Source: Capsulimonadaceae bacterium | GTDB lineage: Bacteria; Armatimonadota; Armatimonadia; Armatimonadales; Capsulimonadaceae | Length of the DNA: 64,000 nucleotides | Direction of reading: 5' to 3' | Assembly: GCA_965215505.1 (NCBI GenBank) | Contig: OZ244065.1 | Location: forward strand, 1,984,001-2,048,000 | Shown: piece by piece, positions 44,669 to 57,475 of the stretch | Layout of the letters: each line of letters opens with the position of its first letter | Position numbering within the stretch: position 1 is the first letter of the stretch | Program-made: the position numbers and the translations under genes | Notes under the pieces: model-generated | Databases searched by the model: none | What the model was told of the DNA's origin: nothing | Seen by the model: the letters and a program-made list of their open reading frames with translations, nothing else

Positions 44669-44854
44669 CTACCAGGACGACTTGGTCACGCCAGGGATCA
44701 ACCCCTGGTGCGCCAGCTCGCGGAAGCAGATACGGCAGATGCTGAACTTACGCATGTATCCATGCGCGCGCCCGCAGAGCTGGCAGCGATTGTAAGCGCG
44801 AACCGAAAACTTCGGCTTGAGCTTGGCTTTCTGAATCAGGCACTCTTTGGCCAT
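44669..44854 (-). CDS. rpsN: 30S ribosomal protein S14 type Z (C+)
   Basis: 61 aa, RCQLCGR...CRICFRE. Confidence 0.97.
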   Translation of the reverse strand: MAKECLIQKAKLKPKFSVRAYNRCQLCGRAHGYMRKFSICRICFRELAHQGLIPGVTKSSW

Positions 44855-44946
44855 TGGTATCCTCGGGTGTCTCGTGAATGTTTTGTGCGTGGAAACAGGC
44901 GTTAGTATACCCTAAATCCCCATGCTTTCGACTCTCGGCGGGCGTC

Positions 44947-45552
44947 CTACTGAAGACGCTCGCCCTGCTTCTCGCCCCGGAAGGGGACACCGACCGCTTT
45001 CAGCAGTGAACGCGCCTCGGCATCGGACTTGGCCGACGTGACGATGATGATGTCCATGCCCCGCACCTGGTCCACCTTGTCGTAGACGATCTCGGGGAAG
45101 GTCAACTGCTCTTTGAGGCCCATGGCGAAGTTGCCGCGGCCGTCAAAGGAGTTCGGGTTGATGCCGCCGAAGTCGCGGACGCGCGGCAGGGCGATGTTCA
45201 GCAGGCGGTCCAGGAACTCATACATCCGCGCGCCGCGCAGGGTCACCTTTGCGCCGATGCGCGCGCCCTGCCGCAGCCGGAAGTTCGCGATGGACTTCTT
45301 GGCCCGCGTCACGGCCGGCTTCTGGCCGGTGATCGTCGCGAGATCCGCCACCGCACCGTCGAGCTTCTTGGCGTCGCCGCCGGTCTGGCCCGCCGCGCCG
45401 ACGCCCATGTTCAGGACGACCTTCTCGATGCGCGGCACCTGCATGACGTTCTTGTAGCCGAACTCCTTCTGCAAGGCGGGAACGACCTCGTCCTGGTACT
45501 TCTTCTTCAGGGTCGGCTGCGGCGCGTTCCCGTTCTCGATCTCATCAGCCAT
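44947..45552 (-). CDS. rplE: 50S ribosomal protein L5
   Basis: ITGQKP, LPRVRDF, FDGRGN. Confidence 0.98.
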   Translation of the reverse strand: MADEIENGNAPQPTLKKKYQDEVVPALQKEFGYKNVMQVPRIEKVVLNMGVGAAGQTGGDAKKLDGAVADLATITGQKPAVTRAKKSIANFRLRQGARIGAKVTLRGARMYEFLDRLLNIALPRVRDFGGINPNSFDGRGNFAMGLKEQLTFPEIVYDKVDQVRGMDIIIVTSAKSDAEARSLLKAVGVPFRGEKQGERLQ

Positions 45553-45949
45553 TGGAAATCACTCCTCCCGACTTCTTGGCGAAGCGCACGCGCTCCCCGT
45601 TCTCGCCCGTCCTGGCCCCGATGCGGGTCAGCGTCTTGCCGTCAGCGGGGTCCACGAGCTGGACCTTGGCGACGTGCATCGGCGATGACTGCTCGATGCG
45701 CCCGCCCTGCGGCGACTGGCCGCTGATGGTGGGGGCGCCCTGCGGGCGCGGCTTCTGGTGCTTGATGACGATGTTAATGCCTTCAACGATCACCTTGCCC
45801 TCGGAGCGCAGGATCTGGGTCACTTTGCCTTCTTTGCCCTTGTCCTTGCCGGCGATGGCGCGCACGGTGTCGCCCACCCGCAGGAGGATCTTGCCCGTGA
45901 ACTGTGCCTCGCTGCGGCGCGGGCCACTCTTTCTTTGCGGCTTGTACAT
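45545..45949 (-). CDS. rplX: 50S ribosomal protein L24
   Basis: [17 protein letters not shown] motif. Confidence 0.97.
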   Translation of the reverse strand: MYKPQRKSGPRRSEAQFTGKILLRVGDTVRAIAGKDKGKEGKVTQILRSEGKVIVEGINIVIKHQKPRPQGAPTISGQSPQGGRIEQSSPMHVAKVQLVDPADGKTLTRIGARTGENGERVRFAKKSGGVISNG

Positions 45950-45951
45950 TG

Positions 45952-46329
45952 TTACAGCACCTCCGGGGCGAGGGAGATGATCTTCATCGCGCCCTCAAAC
46001 TTGGAATCGCGCAGCTCGCGGGCGACCGGCCCGAAGACGCGGGTGCCGCGCGGCGCGAGGTTGTTGGTCAGTACGACGGCGGCGTTCTCGTCGAAGCGCA
46101 GGACGGAGCCGTCCTGCCGCCGGATCGCCTGCCGGGTGCGGACGACGACGGCCTTGACCACGTCGCCCTTCTTGACCTGCGCGCCCGGCGTCGCCGACTT
46201 CACGGCGGCGACGATGATGTCGCCGATGTGCGCGTACTTGGCGTTGGAGCCTTTCAAGACGCGGATGGTCAATAGCTCCCGCGCCCCGCTGTTGTCTGCC
46301 GCCCGGAGGCGGCTGTAATCCTGAATCAT
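45952..46329 (-). CDS. rplN: 50S ribosomal protein L14
   Basis: [22 protein letters not shown]. Confidence 0.98.
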   Translation of the reverse strand: MIQDYSRLRAADNSGARELLTIRVLKGSNAKYAHIGDIIVAAVKSATPGAQVKKGDVVKAVVVRTRQAIRRQDGSVLRFDENAAVVLTNNLAPRGTRVFGPVARELRDSKFEGAMKIISLAPEVL

Positions 46330-46424
46330 CTGTTTTCCTTTGCGCTGCCGGCCCAGGTCCGGACGCCCTGATTTTTGGGGCACCCGGCTTTGTGGCCGAC
46401 CCTAGCAGCCCGCAATGCGGGTGT

Positions 46425-46703
46425 TTACTTGGCGCGCTCGACGATGCGAGTGACGCGCCAGCACTTGTCTTTGCTCAGTGGACGGGTTTCCATGATCTCC
46501 ACCGTGTCACCAGTGTGGGCGTCATTGGTCTCGTCGTGGGCCTTCAGCTTCTTGTTCTGCTTCTGGATGCGCCCGTAGACCGGGTGCCGCACCAGATTCG
46601 CGATGGTCACGACCACCGTCTTCTGCATCTTGTCGCTCGACACGACGCCGGTGCGGACCTTGCGGCGGGAGCGGGTTTCCACTGTTTGAGTCTCTTCTGC
46701 CAT
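46425..46703 (-). CDS. rpsQ: 30S ribosomal protein S17
   Basis: [18 protein letters not shown]. Confidence 0.98.
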   Translation of the reverse strand: MAEETQTVETRSRRKVRTGVVSSDKMQKTVVVTIANLVRHPVYGRIQKQNKKLKAHDETNDAHTGDTVEIMETRPLSKDKCWRVTRIVERAK

Positions 46704-46706
46704 TCT

Positions 46707-46931
46707 TTACCCCTTGCTCTCCTGGCTCAGTTCCCGCTCGCGCCGGATGGTCAGGATGCGCGCGATCTCCTTGCGGGCCGTGCGGACCACCTTGACGTTC
46801 TCCTGCGGCTTGCTCAGGCGGTCCTTGCGGAACTGATAGATGCGCTTGTGGGCGTCGGTGATGGCGGCGGCCATGCCCGCCTCGTCCATACCGCGCAGCG
46901 CCTCACGGCGATTCTTGATCTTCTCGGCCAT
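46707..46931 (-). CDS. rpmC: 50S ribosomal protein L29
   Basis: Position in the operon; RKEIARILT. Confidence 0.9.
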   Translation of the reverse strand: MAEKIKNRREALRGMDEAGMAAAITDAHKRIYQFRKDRLSKPQENVKVVRTARKEIARILTIRRERELSQESKG

Positions 46932-46932
46932 T

Positions 46933-47427
46933 TTATTCCTCAGTCACTTCTTCGGCTTCGACTTCCATCTCGGCGGCGTCTTCGCTGGTCAGCGCGTGTG
47001 CCGCGATCTGCAAGGCCGTCTCGTGCCGCGTGATGAACTTGGTGGCGATGGGCAGCTTGTGCTGTGCGAGCCGCATGGCCTCGCGCGCCAGTTCCTCACC
47101 CACGCCGGACATCTCGAACAGGACGCGGCCCGGCTTGACGACCGCGACCCAGCCCTCGGGAGCGCCCTTGCCCTTGCCCATGCGGGTTTCGGCAGGCTTC
47201 TTGGTGAACGGCTTGTCCGGGAAGACGCGGATCCAGATCTTACCGCCGCGCTTGATCTTGCGGGTCATGGCGATACGGGCCGCCTCGATCTGCCGGTTCG
47301 TCATCCAGCAGGCTTCCAGGGCTTGCAGCGCGTACTCGCCGAAGTCCACCTTGTTGCCGCCCGAGGCGGGACCGGTGCGCCGCCCGCGATGGACGCGGCG
47401 GTACTTGACTTTCTTTGGCATCAACAT
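46933..47427 (-). CDS. rplP: 50S ribosomal protein L16
   Basis: [19 protein letters not shown]. Confidence 0.98.
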   Translation of the reverse strand: MLMPKKVKYRRVHRGRRTGPASGGNKVDFGEYALQALEACWMTNRQIEAARIAMTRKIKRGGKIWIRVFPDKPFTKKPAETRMGKGKGAPEGWVAVVKPGRVLFEMSGVGEELAREAMRLAQHKLPIATKFITRHETALQIAAHALTSEDAAEMEVEAEEVTEE

Positions 47428-47489
47428 GATGATTGTTTTCCTTAGCCGCCCGGACTCCGGCGACTGCCGGGATCCGGGCGGTGATTGTC

Positions 47490-48440
47490 TTAGCGACCGC
47501 CGCCGCCGGGGCGTCCGCCGCCACCGCCGAAGCCGCCACCGCCGCCAGGCCGACCGCCGCCGAAGCCGCCGCCACCGCCCGGCCCGCGCCCGCCGCCGGG
47601 GCCGCCGCGACCGCCGCCGCCGAAGCCTCCACCGCCGCCGCGCCCGCCGCCGGCACCGCCGCGACCACCGCCGCCACGACTGCCGCCCGCACCGCCGCGT
47701 CCGCCGCGTCCGGCGCTCGGGCCGCGATCACCGAAGCCCTCTTCGGCGTTCAGGCGGCGCTGCTGCTGCTGCTGCAAGGCGATGTCCGCCGTCGTCAGCC
47801 GCTTCTGGCCGGGCAGGATGTCGCCCTTGTAGATCCATACCTTGACGCCGATGTTGCCATAGGTCGTCGGCGCTTCCGCGAAACCGTAGTCAATGTCCGC
47901 CCGCAAGGTGTGCAGGGGGATCTTGCCCAGACGGTCGCCCTCTTTGCGGGCCATCTCACTGCCGTTCAGCCGGCCCGAGCTGAGGATGCGAATGCCCTTC
48001 GCCCCCAGCTTCATGGCGCGCGTGACGGCCTGACGCATGGCGCGCTTGTAAGAGACGCGCTTGGTGATCTGCTGCGCGATGCTCTCCGCCACAAGCTGGG
48101 CGTCCAGCTCGGGGTGCCGGATCTCATTGACATTGGCCTGGAACGACTTCTTGAACTTGTCTTCCAGGACCGCGCGCAGATCGTCCACGCCCTTGCCGCC
48201 GCGCCCGATGATAATGCCGGGCTTGGCGGTGTGCAGAGTCACCTTGACGCGGTTCGCCGCCCGCTCGATCTCGACGCGCGCGATGGAGGCGTTCGCCAAG
48301 GTCTTGCTATTCTTGATGAAGGCGCGGATGTGGAAGTCTTCCACCAGGGCCTTGGCGTAGCCCTTATCCAGATACCACTTGCTCTCCCAGTCGCGGTTCA
48401 CGCCGACGCGGAACCCGACGGGATGGATCTTCTGTCCCAT
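47490..48440 (-). CDS. rpsC: 30S ribosomal protein S3 with Gly/Arg-rich tail
   Basis: [27 protein letters not shown]. Confidence 0.98.
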   Translation of the reverse strand: MGQKIHPVGFRVGVNRDWESKWYLDKGYAKALVEDFHIRAFIKNSKTLANASIARVEIERAANRVKVTLHTAKPGIIIGRGGKGVDDLRAVLEDKFKKSFQANVNEIRHPELDAQLVAESIAQQITKRVSYKRAMRQAVTRAMKLGAKGIRILSSGRLNGSEMARKEGDRLGKIPLHTLRADIDYGFAEAPTTYGNIGVKVWIYKGDILPGQKRLTTADIALQQQQQRRLNAEEGFGDRGPSAGRGGRGGAGGSRGGGGRGGAGGGRGGGGGFGGGGRGGPGGGRGPGGGGGFGGGRPGGGGGFGGGGGRPGGGGR

Positions 48441-48443
48441 GCG

Positions 48444-49394
48444 TTATTCTCCCTCTTCCCGCTTCTGATCGGCGCCTTCGCTCGGGTCGGGCGCGCGGTC
48501 GGACACTTCGATCTCCGGCGAGTCCGAGGCCGTCACCGGGGTGGCCTCGTGCGGCACCTCGGAGGTCTCCGCCATCGCCTTCGGTGCCTTGGCCTGCCCG
48601 CTGTCGGACGTGTTGGCCGTGTCACCGGTCCCGCCCTCGCCCTGCTCCGAACCCGGAACCTGCCGGGTTTCCTCGGCGGGGGCCACGACCGGCGTGTCCA
48701 GGGCGACTTCCGCCCCGGCCTGCTCGGTCGTACTCTGGTTGGCGAGCGTGACGTTCTCCGCCTTCGGCGCGGCCGGTGCCTGGGTCGCCTTCGGCTTGGC
48801 CGGCGTCGCCGCAGCGCGGCGCGGGCGCGGCGCGACGGCGGGGGCGTCGGTCAGGATGACGGTCAGGTGGCTGGTCCGCTTCAGGATGCGGTAGGCGCGG
48901 CCCTGGGCGCGGGCGCGGACCCGCTTCAGGGTCGGGCCGCCGTCGGCCAGGATGTTCTGGACCTTCAGCTCCTCGACGCCCGCCCCCCAGCCATCCTGGG
49001 CGTTCGCGGCGGCGGAGATGACGACCTTGGTGATCAGCTCGGCGGCGTGGTTCGGGATGAAGCGCAGCATGGCGAGCGCCTCGGAGACGCGCTTGCCCTT
49101 GATGGCGTCAATGACCAGGCGGGCCTTGCGCGGCGAGGTGCGGACCCACTTGGCGACGGCGCGGGCTTCGGCCACGACCTCGACGGTCACGGTGCGGCTG
49201 TTGCCGATCTGCTCCGTCAGGGCTTCCGTCAGGGCCTGCGCCTCCATCCGCACGTTGTTCGGGCGGCTGGTATGGAGCAGGACCTTGAGGCTGCCGTCCT
49301 TTTCCTTGGTTAGTTTCAGCTTAGAAACCGGCGTCCGCCCCAGCACGTCTTTGACGGTGGGGAGCAGGGCGCGGTCCCGTGCAGCGGTGTTCAT
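48444..49394 (-). CDS. rplV: 50S ribosomal protein L22 with N- and C-terminal extensions
   Basis: Core SPRKARLV...RARAQGRA..I.KRTSH; AAGGA RBS at the extended start. Confidence 0.95.
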   Translation of the reverse strand: MNTAARDRALLPTVKDVLGRTPVSKLKLTKEKDGSLKVLLHTSRPNNVRMEAQALTEALTEQIGNSRTVTVEVVAEARAVAKWVRTSPRKARLVIDAIKGKRVSEALAMLRFIPNHAAELITKVVISAAANAQDGWGAGVEELKVQNILADGGPTLKRVRARAQGRAYRILKRTSHLTVILTDAPAVAPRPRRAAATPAKPKATQAPAAPKAENVTLANQSTTEQAGAEVALDTPVVAPAEETRQVPGSEQGEGGTGDTANTSDSGQAKAPKAMAETSEVPHEATPVTASDSPEIEVSDRAPDPSEGADQKREEGE

Positions 49395-49406
49395 TGTGTG
49401 TTTTCC

Positions 49407-49694
49407 TTATCGGCCCCGCGTCGTCCGCGTGTCCTTCGAGCCGGCGTGGCCCTTGAAGGTGCGGGTCAGCGCGAACTCGCCGAGCTTGTGGCCGACCATG
49501 TTCTCCGTGACGAAGACGGGGATATGCTTGCGCCCGTCATGCACGGCCAGGGTGTGGCCGATCATCTGCGGGAAGATGGTGGACCGGCGCGACCAGGTCT
49601 TGATGATGCGCTTCTCGTTGCGCGCGTTCATGTCATCGATGCGCTTGAGCAGCTTGACGTCCGCGAACGGACCTTTTTTTAGTGAGCGTCCCAT
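49407..49694 (-). CDS. rpsS: 30S ribosomal protein S19
   Basis: [22 protein letters not shown]. Confidence 0.98.
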   Translation of the reverse strand: MGRSLKKGPFADVKLLKRIDDMNARNEKRIIKTWSRRSTIFPQMIGHTLAVHDGRKHIPVFVTENMVGHKLGEFALTRTFKGHAGSKDTRTTRGR

Positions 49695-49720
49695 AGAATG
49701 CCTTCAGAGTCCCTTCCCGG

Positions 49721-50554
49721 TTACTTGCTGCCTCGGCGGCGAACGATAAACTTCTGCGTATTCTTGTTGCGGCGGGTGCGGAAGCCCAGGGCGCGCACGC
49801 CGGTCGCCGAAACCGGACCCTTCTTGCGTCCGACCGGAGACTTGGCCTCGCCGCCGCCGTGCGGGTGGTCACGCGGGGACATGACGACGCCACGGTTGTG
49901 CATATAGACGCCCAGCCAGCGCTTCTTGCCGGCCTTGCCGTGCTTGATGTTCTCGTGTTCGATGTTGCCGATCTGGCCCACCGTCGCGCGGCACTCGGCG
50001 AGGATCATCCGCATCTCGCCCGAGGCCAGGCGGATGGTGACGTACTTGCCTTCCTTGCCCATGAGCTGAGACGCGCCGCCCGCCGTCCGGGTGATCTGGC
50101 CGCCCTTGCCGGGCATCATCTCGATGTTGTGGACGAGGGTACCGACGGGGATGGCGCGCAACGGGAGCGCGTTGCCGGGCTTGATGTCCGCCGTCTCGCT
50201 CGACACGATGGCGTCGCCGACCTTCAGGCCGACCGGCCACAGGATGTACCGCTTCTCGCCGTCGGCGTAATGCACCAGGGCGATGCGGGCGGACCGGTTC
50301 GGGTCGTACTCGATGGTCGCGACCTTGCCGGGGACGTTGTTCTTGTCCCGCTTGAAGTCAATCAGACGGTACATCGTCTTGTTGCCGCCGGCGACGTTGA
50401 CTGCGGTGCGGCGGCCCTTGTTGTTGCGGCCCCCGCTGTGCTTGTTGGGCCGCAGCAGGGACTTCTCGGGCTTGGAGGCCGTCAGCTCGGAGTAGTCCGA
50501 GGCGGTCCGGAACCGCTGCGACGGGGTCGTAGGCTTGTAGCGTTTGATTCCCAT
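49721..50554 (-). CDS. rplB: 50S ribosomal protein L2
   Basis: [20 protein letters not shown]. Confidence 0.99.
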   Translation of the reverse strand: MGIKRYKPTTPSQRFRTASDYSELTASKPEKSLLRPNKHSGGRNNKGRRTAVNVAGGNKTMYRLIDFKRDKNNVPGKVATIEYDPNRSARIALVHYADGEKRYILWPVGLKVGDAIVSSETADIKPGNALPLRAIPVGTLVHNIEMMPGKGGQITRTAGGASQLMGKEGKYVTIRLASGEMRMILAECRATVGQIGNIEHENIKHGKAGKKRWLGVYMHNRGVVMSPRDHPHGGGEAKSPVGRKKGPVSATGVRALGFRTRRNKNTQKFIVRRRGSK

Positions 50555-50558
50555 ATAG

Positions 50559-50885
50559 TTAAACCCCCTCGACCAGCTCGATGGACTGGCCGGCCTGCAA
50601 GGTCACGATCGCCTTCTTCCAGTCGGAGGTCTTGCCCCGGTTGGCGCGCTTGAAGAAGCGGCCCTGCCGGGTCTTGCCCTTCACGACCATGGTGTTGACG
50701 GCGACGACGTTGATCACGTTTTTGGAGTCGGCCTGAATCTGCTGAATGGCTTCGGCGATCTCGTACTTGTTAGCGGTACGGGACACGACGAACGTGTACT
50801 GGTTCCGGCTGCCGCCGTCCACGCTCTTTTCGGTGACGATGGGCCGGACGATGATCTGGTAGGGACTCTTAGTGGTTGCGCTCAT
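50559..50885 (-). CDS. rplW: 50S ribosomal protein L23
   Basis: [22 protein letters not shown]. Confidence 0.96.
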   Translation of the reverse strand: MSATTKSPYQIIVRPIVTEKSVDGGSRNQYTFVVSRTANKYEIAEAIQQIQADSKNVINVVAVNTMVVKGKTRQGRFFKRANRGKTSDWKKAIVTLQAGQSIELVEGV

Positions 50886-50886
50886 G

Positions 50887-51555
50887 TTAAACAGTCGCCT
50901 CCTCGGCGGGCTGCTCCTGGACGGCAGCGTTCGTGCCGTAAACGGCATCCAGCTTGTCCAGAGCGCCCTGGGTCATCACGATCCGCGTGGCGTCCAAAAC
51001 GTCCCGCACCGAAAAGGCGGGGGCGACCCGGACGGTGACGCCGGGGATGTTACGGAACGACTTGTAGATCGTCAGGTTGGTTTCGGGCAGCACGACCAAG
51101 GTCTTGCCGGTGACGCCCAGTGTCTTCAGCAGGGCGGCGGCCGTCTTGGTCGAGTGCGTCTCCATCTCGATGGCATCCACGACGAGGATCGCGTCATCAG
51201 TGGCCTTGGTGGAGAGGGCGGAGGCCAGGGCAGCGCGGCGTGCCTTCTTGGGCAGCTTTGCCGACAGGTCACGCGGGTGCGGCCCGAACACGATGCCGCC
51301 GTGGCGGTAGTGCGGCGCGGAGATCGTACCCTGGCGCGCACGGCCCGTGCCCTTCTGGCGGTACGGCTTGCGTCCGCCGCCGGCCACTTCCGCGCGCGTC
51401 TTGGTGTCGCGGGTGTCCTGGCGGCTGTTGGTCGCCTCGTTGACGACGGCCTGGTGCATCAGGCCCGGATTGATCTTGGCGCTGAACAGCTTGTCGCTGA
51501 GGGAGACATTTCCCCCGCTGCTGCCATCTGCTTTTCTGAGAATGGTTTCCGGCAT
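50887..51555 (-). CDS. rplD: 50S ribosomal protein L4
   Basis: KPYRQKGTGRARQG. Confidence 0.98.
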   Translation of the reverse strand: MPETILRKADGSSGGNVSLSDKLFSAKINPGLMHQAVVNEATNSRQDTRDTKTRAEVAGGGRKPYRQKGTGRARQGTISAPHYRHGGIVFGPHPRDLSAKLPKKARRAALASALSTKATDDAILVVDAIEMETHSTKTAAALLKTLGVTGKTLVVLPETNLTIYKSFRNIPGVTVRVAPAFSVRDVLDATRIVMTQGALDKLDAVYGTNAAVQEQPAEEATV

Positions 51556-51569
51556 GGGTTATGTTCCTC

Positions 51570-52196
51570 CTAGCGTATGAATTTCTTGATCATGACCAGC
51601 CCGCCGTTCGCGCCGGGGATGGCGCCTTTGACGAGCAGCAGGTTCTTCTCGGTGTCCACGCGGACCACGCGGAGGCCCTGCTGGGTCACTTGGACGTCGC
51701 CCATGTGGCCCGGCTTGCCGGAACCCTTGAAGGTGTGAGCGGCATCGGTGCCGCCGCCGGAGGCTGGCTTGCGGTGGGACGTGGAAGCGCCGTGCGTGGC
51801 CTTGTTGCCGCGCCAGCCGTAGCGCTTCATGACACCCGCGAAGCCCTTACCCTTGGAGATGCCCGTGACGGCGACCTTGTCGCCCGCCGCGAAGATGTCG
51901 GCCGCGAACTCATGGCCTTCGGCCAGAGTCTCGCCTTCGTCAATGGGGATCTCGCGCAGGGTCCGTTTCGGCTTGACCTCGTGGGCCGCGAAGTGGCCCT
52001 TCTGCGGCATATTCAGGCGATGCTCTTTCACATCTTCAAACCCGATCTGCACGGCAGAATAACCGTCTTTGGTGATAGTCTTTAGTTGTGTAACGACACA
52101 GGGACCGGCAGCGATCACGGTGACCGGAGTCACGCGACCGTTTTCCTCGAAGATCTGGGTCATGCCCAGCTTCTTGCCCAAGATTGAACTTGGCAT
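51570..52196 (-). CDS. rplC: 50S ribosomal protein L3
   Basis: GKKLGMTQ, SKGKGFAG, KGAIPG. Confidence 0.98.
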   Translation of the reverse strand: MPSSILGKKLGMTQIFEENGRVTPVTVIAAGPCVVTQLKTITKDGYSAVQIGFEDVKEHRLNMPQKGHFAAHEVKPKRTLREIPIDEGETLAEGHEFAADIFAAGDKVAVTGISKGKGFAGVMKRYGWRGNKATHGASTSHRKPASGGGTDAAHTFKGSGKPGHMGDVQVTQQGLRVVRVDTEKNLLLVKGAIPGANGGLVMIKKFIR

Positions 52197-52296
52197 TGGT
52201 TTCCTCCACGGCGCACCTCATGAGCGTGGATCAGCTCACTACGTGTCGCGGTTTTGATTTTGATATCGAGAACGGCGGGCGCGAATGATCGCGCCC

Positions 52297-52605
52297 TTAC
52301 AGCTTGATTTCGATGTCCACGCCCGAGGGCAAGTCCAGCCGCATCAAAGCATCAATGGTCTTCGGGCCGGGATCGAGGATGTCGATCAGGCGCTTGTGCG
52401 TCCGCATCTCGAAGTGCTCGAACGACTCTTTATCCACGAAGGTGCTGCGCTGCATCGGCAGGATGTTCTTCTCGGTCGGCAGCAGGACCGGACCGGAGAT
52501 GCGGGCACCCGTGCGCTTCACAGTGTCCACGATCTTCTCGGCGCTCTGGTCCAGCACGCGATGATCGAACGCGCGCAGACGAATACGGACTTTATCACGA
52601 CGCAT
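52297..52605 (-). CDS. rpsJ: 30S ribosomal protein S10
   Basis: [21 protein letters not shown]. Confidence 0.97.
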   Translation of the reverse strand: MRRDKVRIRLRAFDHRVLDQSAEKIVDTVKRTGARISGPVLLPTEKNILPMQRSTFVDKESFEHFEMRTHKRLIDILDPGPKTIDALMRLDLPSGVDIEIKL

Positions 52606-52672
52606 AGTAGAAAAGTACTCCCGGCACAAAAAGTAGGGGCGTGAATGTTCTCACGCCCCTACAGGCATAGTC

Positions 52673-53866
<1,194 letters not shown>

Positions 53867-53927
53867 AGAAATACTCCAGATATCTTATCGTATGGCCCCT
53901 CCCGTTCAGGAAGGGGCCGAAAAGTCG

Positions 53928-56081
<2,154 letters not shown>

Positions 56082-56131
56082 AATTTGCTGCTTCCACTAC
56101 CCCCGGTATTGGGGGCCGGGGGGCCTTGTCG

Positions 56132-56620
<489 letters not shown>

Positions 56621-57043
56621 TTATCGCTTCTTGCCGGTCGCGGCGGGAGCGCCCGGCTTGGGCCGCTTGGTGCCGTACTTGGAGCGGCTGCTCTTGCGGT
56701 CCTTGGTGCCCTGTGTGTCCAGCGTGCCACGCACGATGTGGTAGCGGACGCCCGGCAGGTCCTTGACGCGGCCCCCACGGATCAGCACGACGCTGTGTTC
56801 CTGAAGGTTGTGCCCGATGCCCGGAATGTAGGCCGTCACCTCGGTGCCGGGGTTGTGCCGGCCCGAGGAGGTCAGCCGGACGCGGGCGATCTTGCGGAGC
56901 GCCGAGTTCGGCTTCTTCGGCGAAACCGTCCGGACCACGAGGCAGACGCCGCGCTTCTGCGGGTTGCCCTTCATGGCCGGCGCTTTGCTCTTCTTCAGGG
57001 TGCGCTTGCGGCCCTTGCGTACTAGTTGGCTGATCGTCGGCAT
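56621..57043 (-). CDS. rpsL: 30S ribosomal protein S12
   Basis: [26 protein letters not shown]. Confidence 0.99.
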   Translation of the reverse strand: MPTISQLVRKGRKRTLKKSKAPAMKGNPQKRGVCLVVRTVSPKKPNSALRKIARVRLTSSGRHNPGTEVTAYIPGIGHNLQEHSVVLIRGGRVKDLPGVRYHIVRGTLDTQGTKDRKSSRSKYGTKRPKPGAPAATGKKR

Positions 57044-57332
57044 GGCGACTTGGGTCCTTTCGGTTTCAATCCTCACCGACAGCGGAGGCCGGTGCTACAG
57101 AAGGAGGCACAAAAACACCCCGTTTGCCGCAGGGATCGCACGGGCGAATCACACAAGGCGGCGGCACGGGGCACGGCGACATCACAAGTGACTGTTGTGT
57201 TTCTATTCCAGCTCAGACCCCGCACGGGAACGAGTCCCAACGGATAAAATGAGAAGCTGGCCGATGCCCCCTTGCTCGCGATCTATTCGTGCGCCGCGCG
57301 GCGCATCGAATTTCTCTGAAAACAACCTCCCT

Positions 57333-57361
57333 ATTATACTGCCGCATCGCCCCAATGTCAA
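57333..57361 (-). promoter_or_regulatory. Consensus promoter of the str/S10 operon
   Basis: TTGACA-N17-TATAAT. Confidence 0.88.
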
Positions 57362-57425
57362 GTGTTTGGCTGTTGAGTGTAAATAATCTTACCGCCGGCC
57401 GGAACAAGACGCTGTCAGGCCGGGC

Positions 57426-57465
57426 AAGAAGAAGCCCCCGCAGCCACCAAAGTGACTGCGGGGGC
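57426..57465 (-). terminator. Terminator after rpoC
   Basis: GCCCCCGCAG...CTGCGGGGGC followed by TTCTTCTT on the minus strand. Confidence 0.75.
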
Positions 57466-57475
57466 ATTGCTGCGA

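Noticed and set aside
47520-47710. GCC/CCG-rich repeat as a mobile or non-coding repeat
   Set aside because: It is the Gly/Arg-rich coding tail of rpsC.
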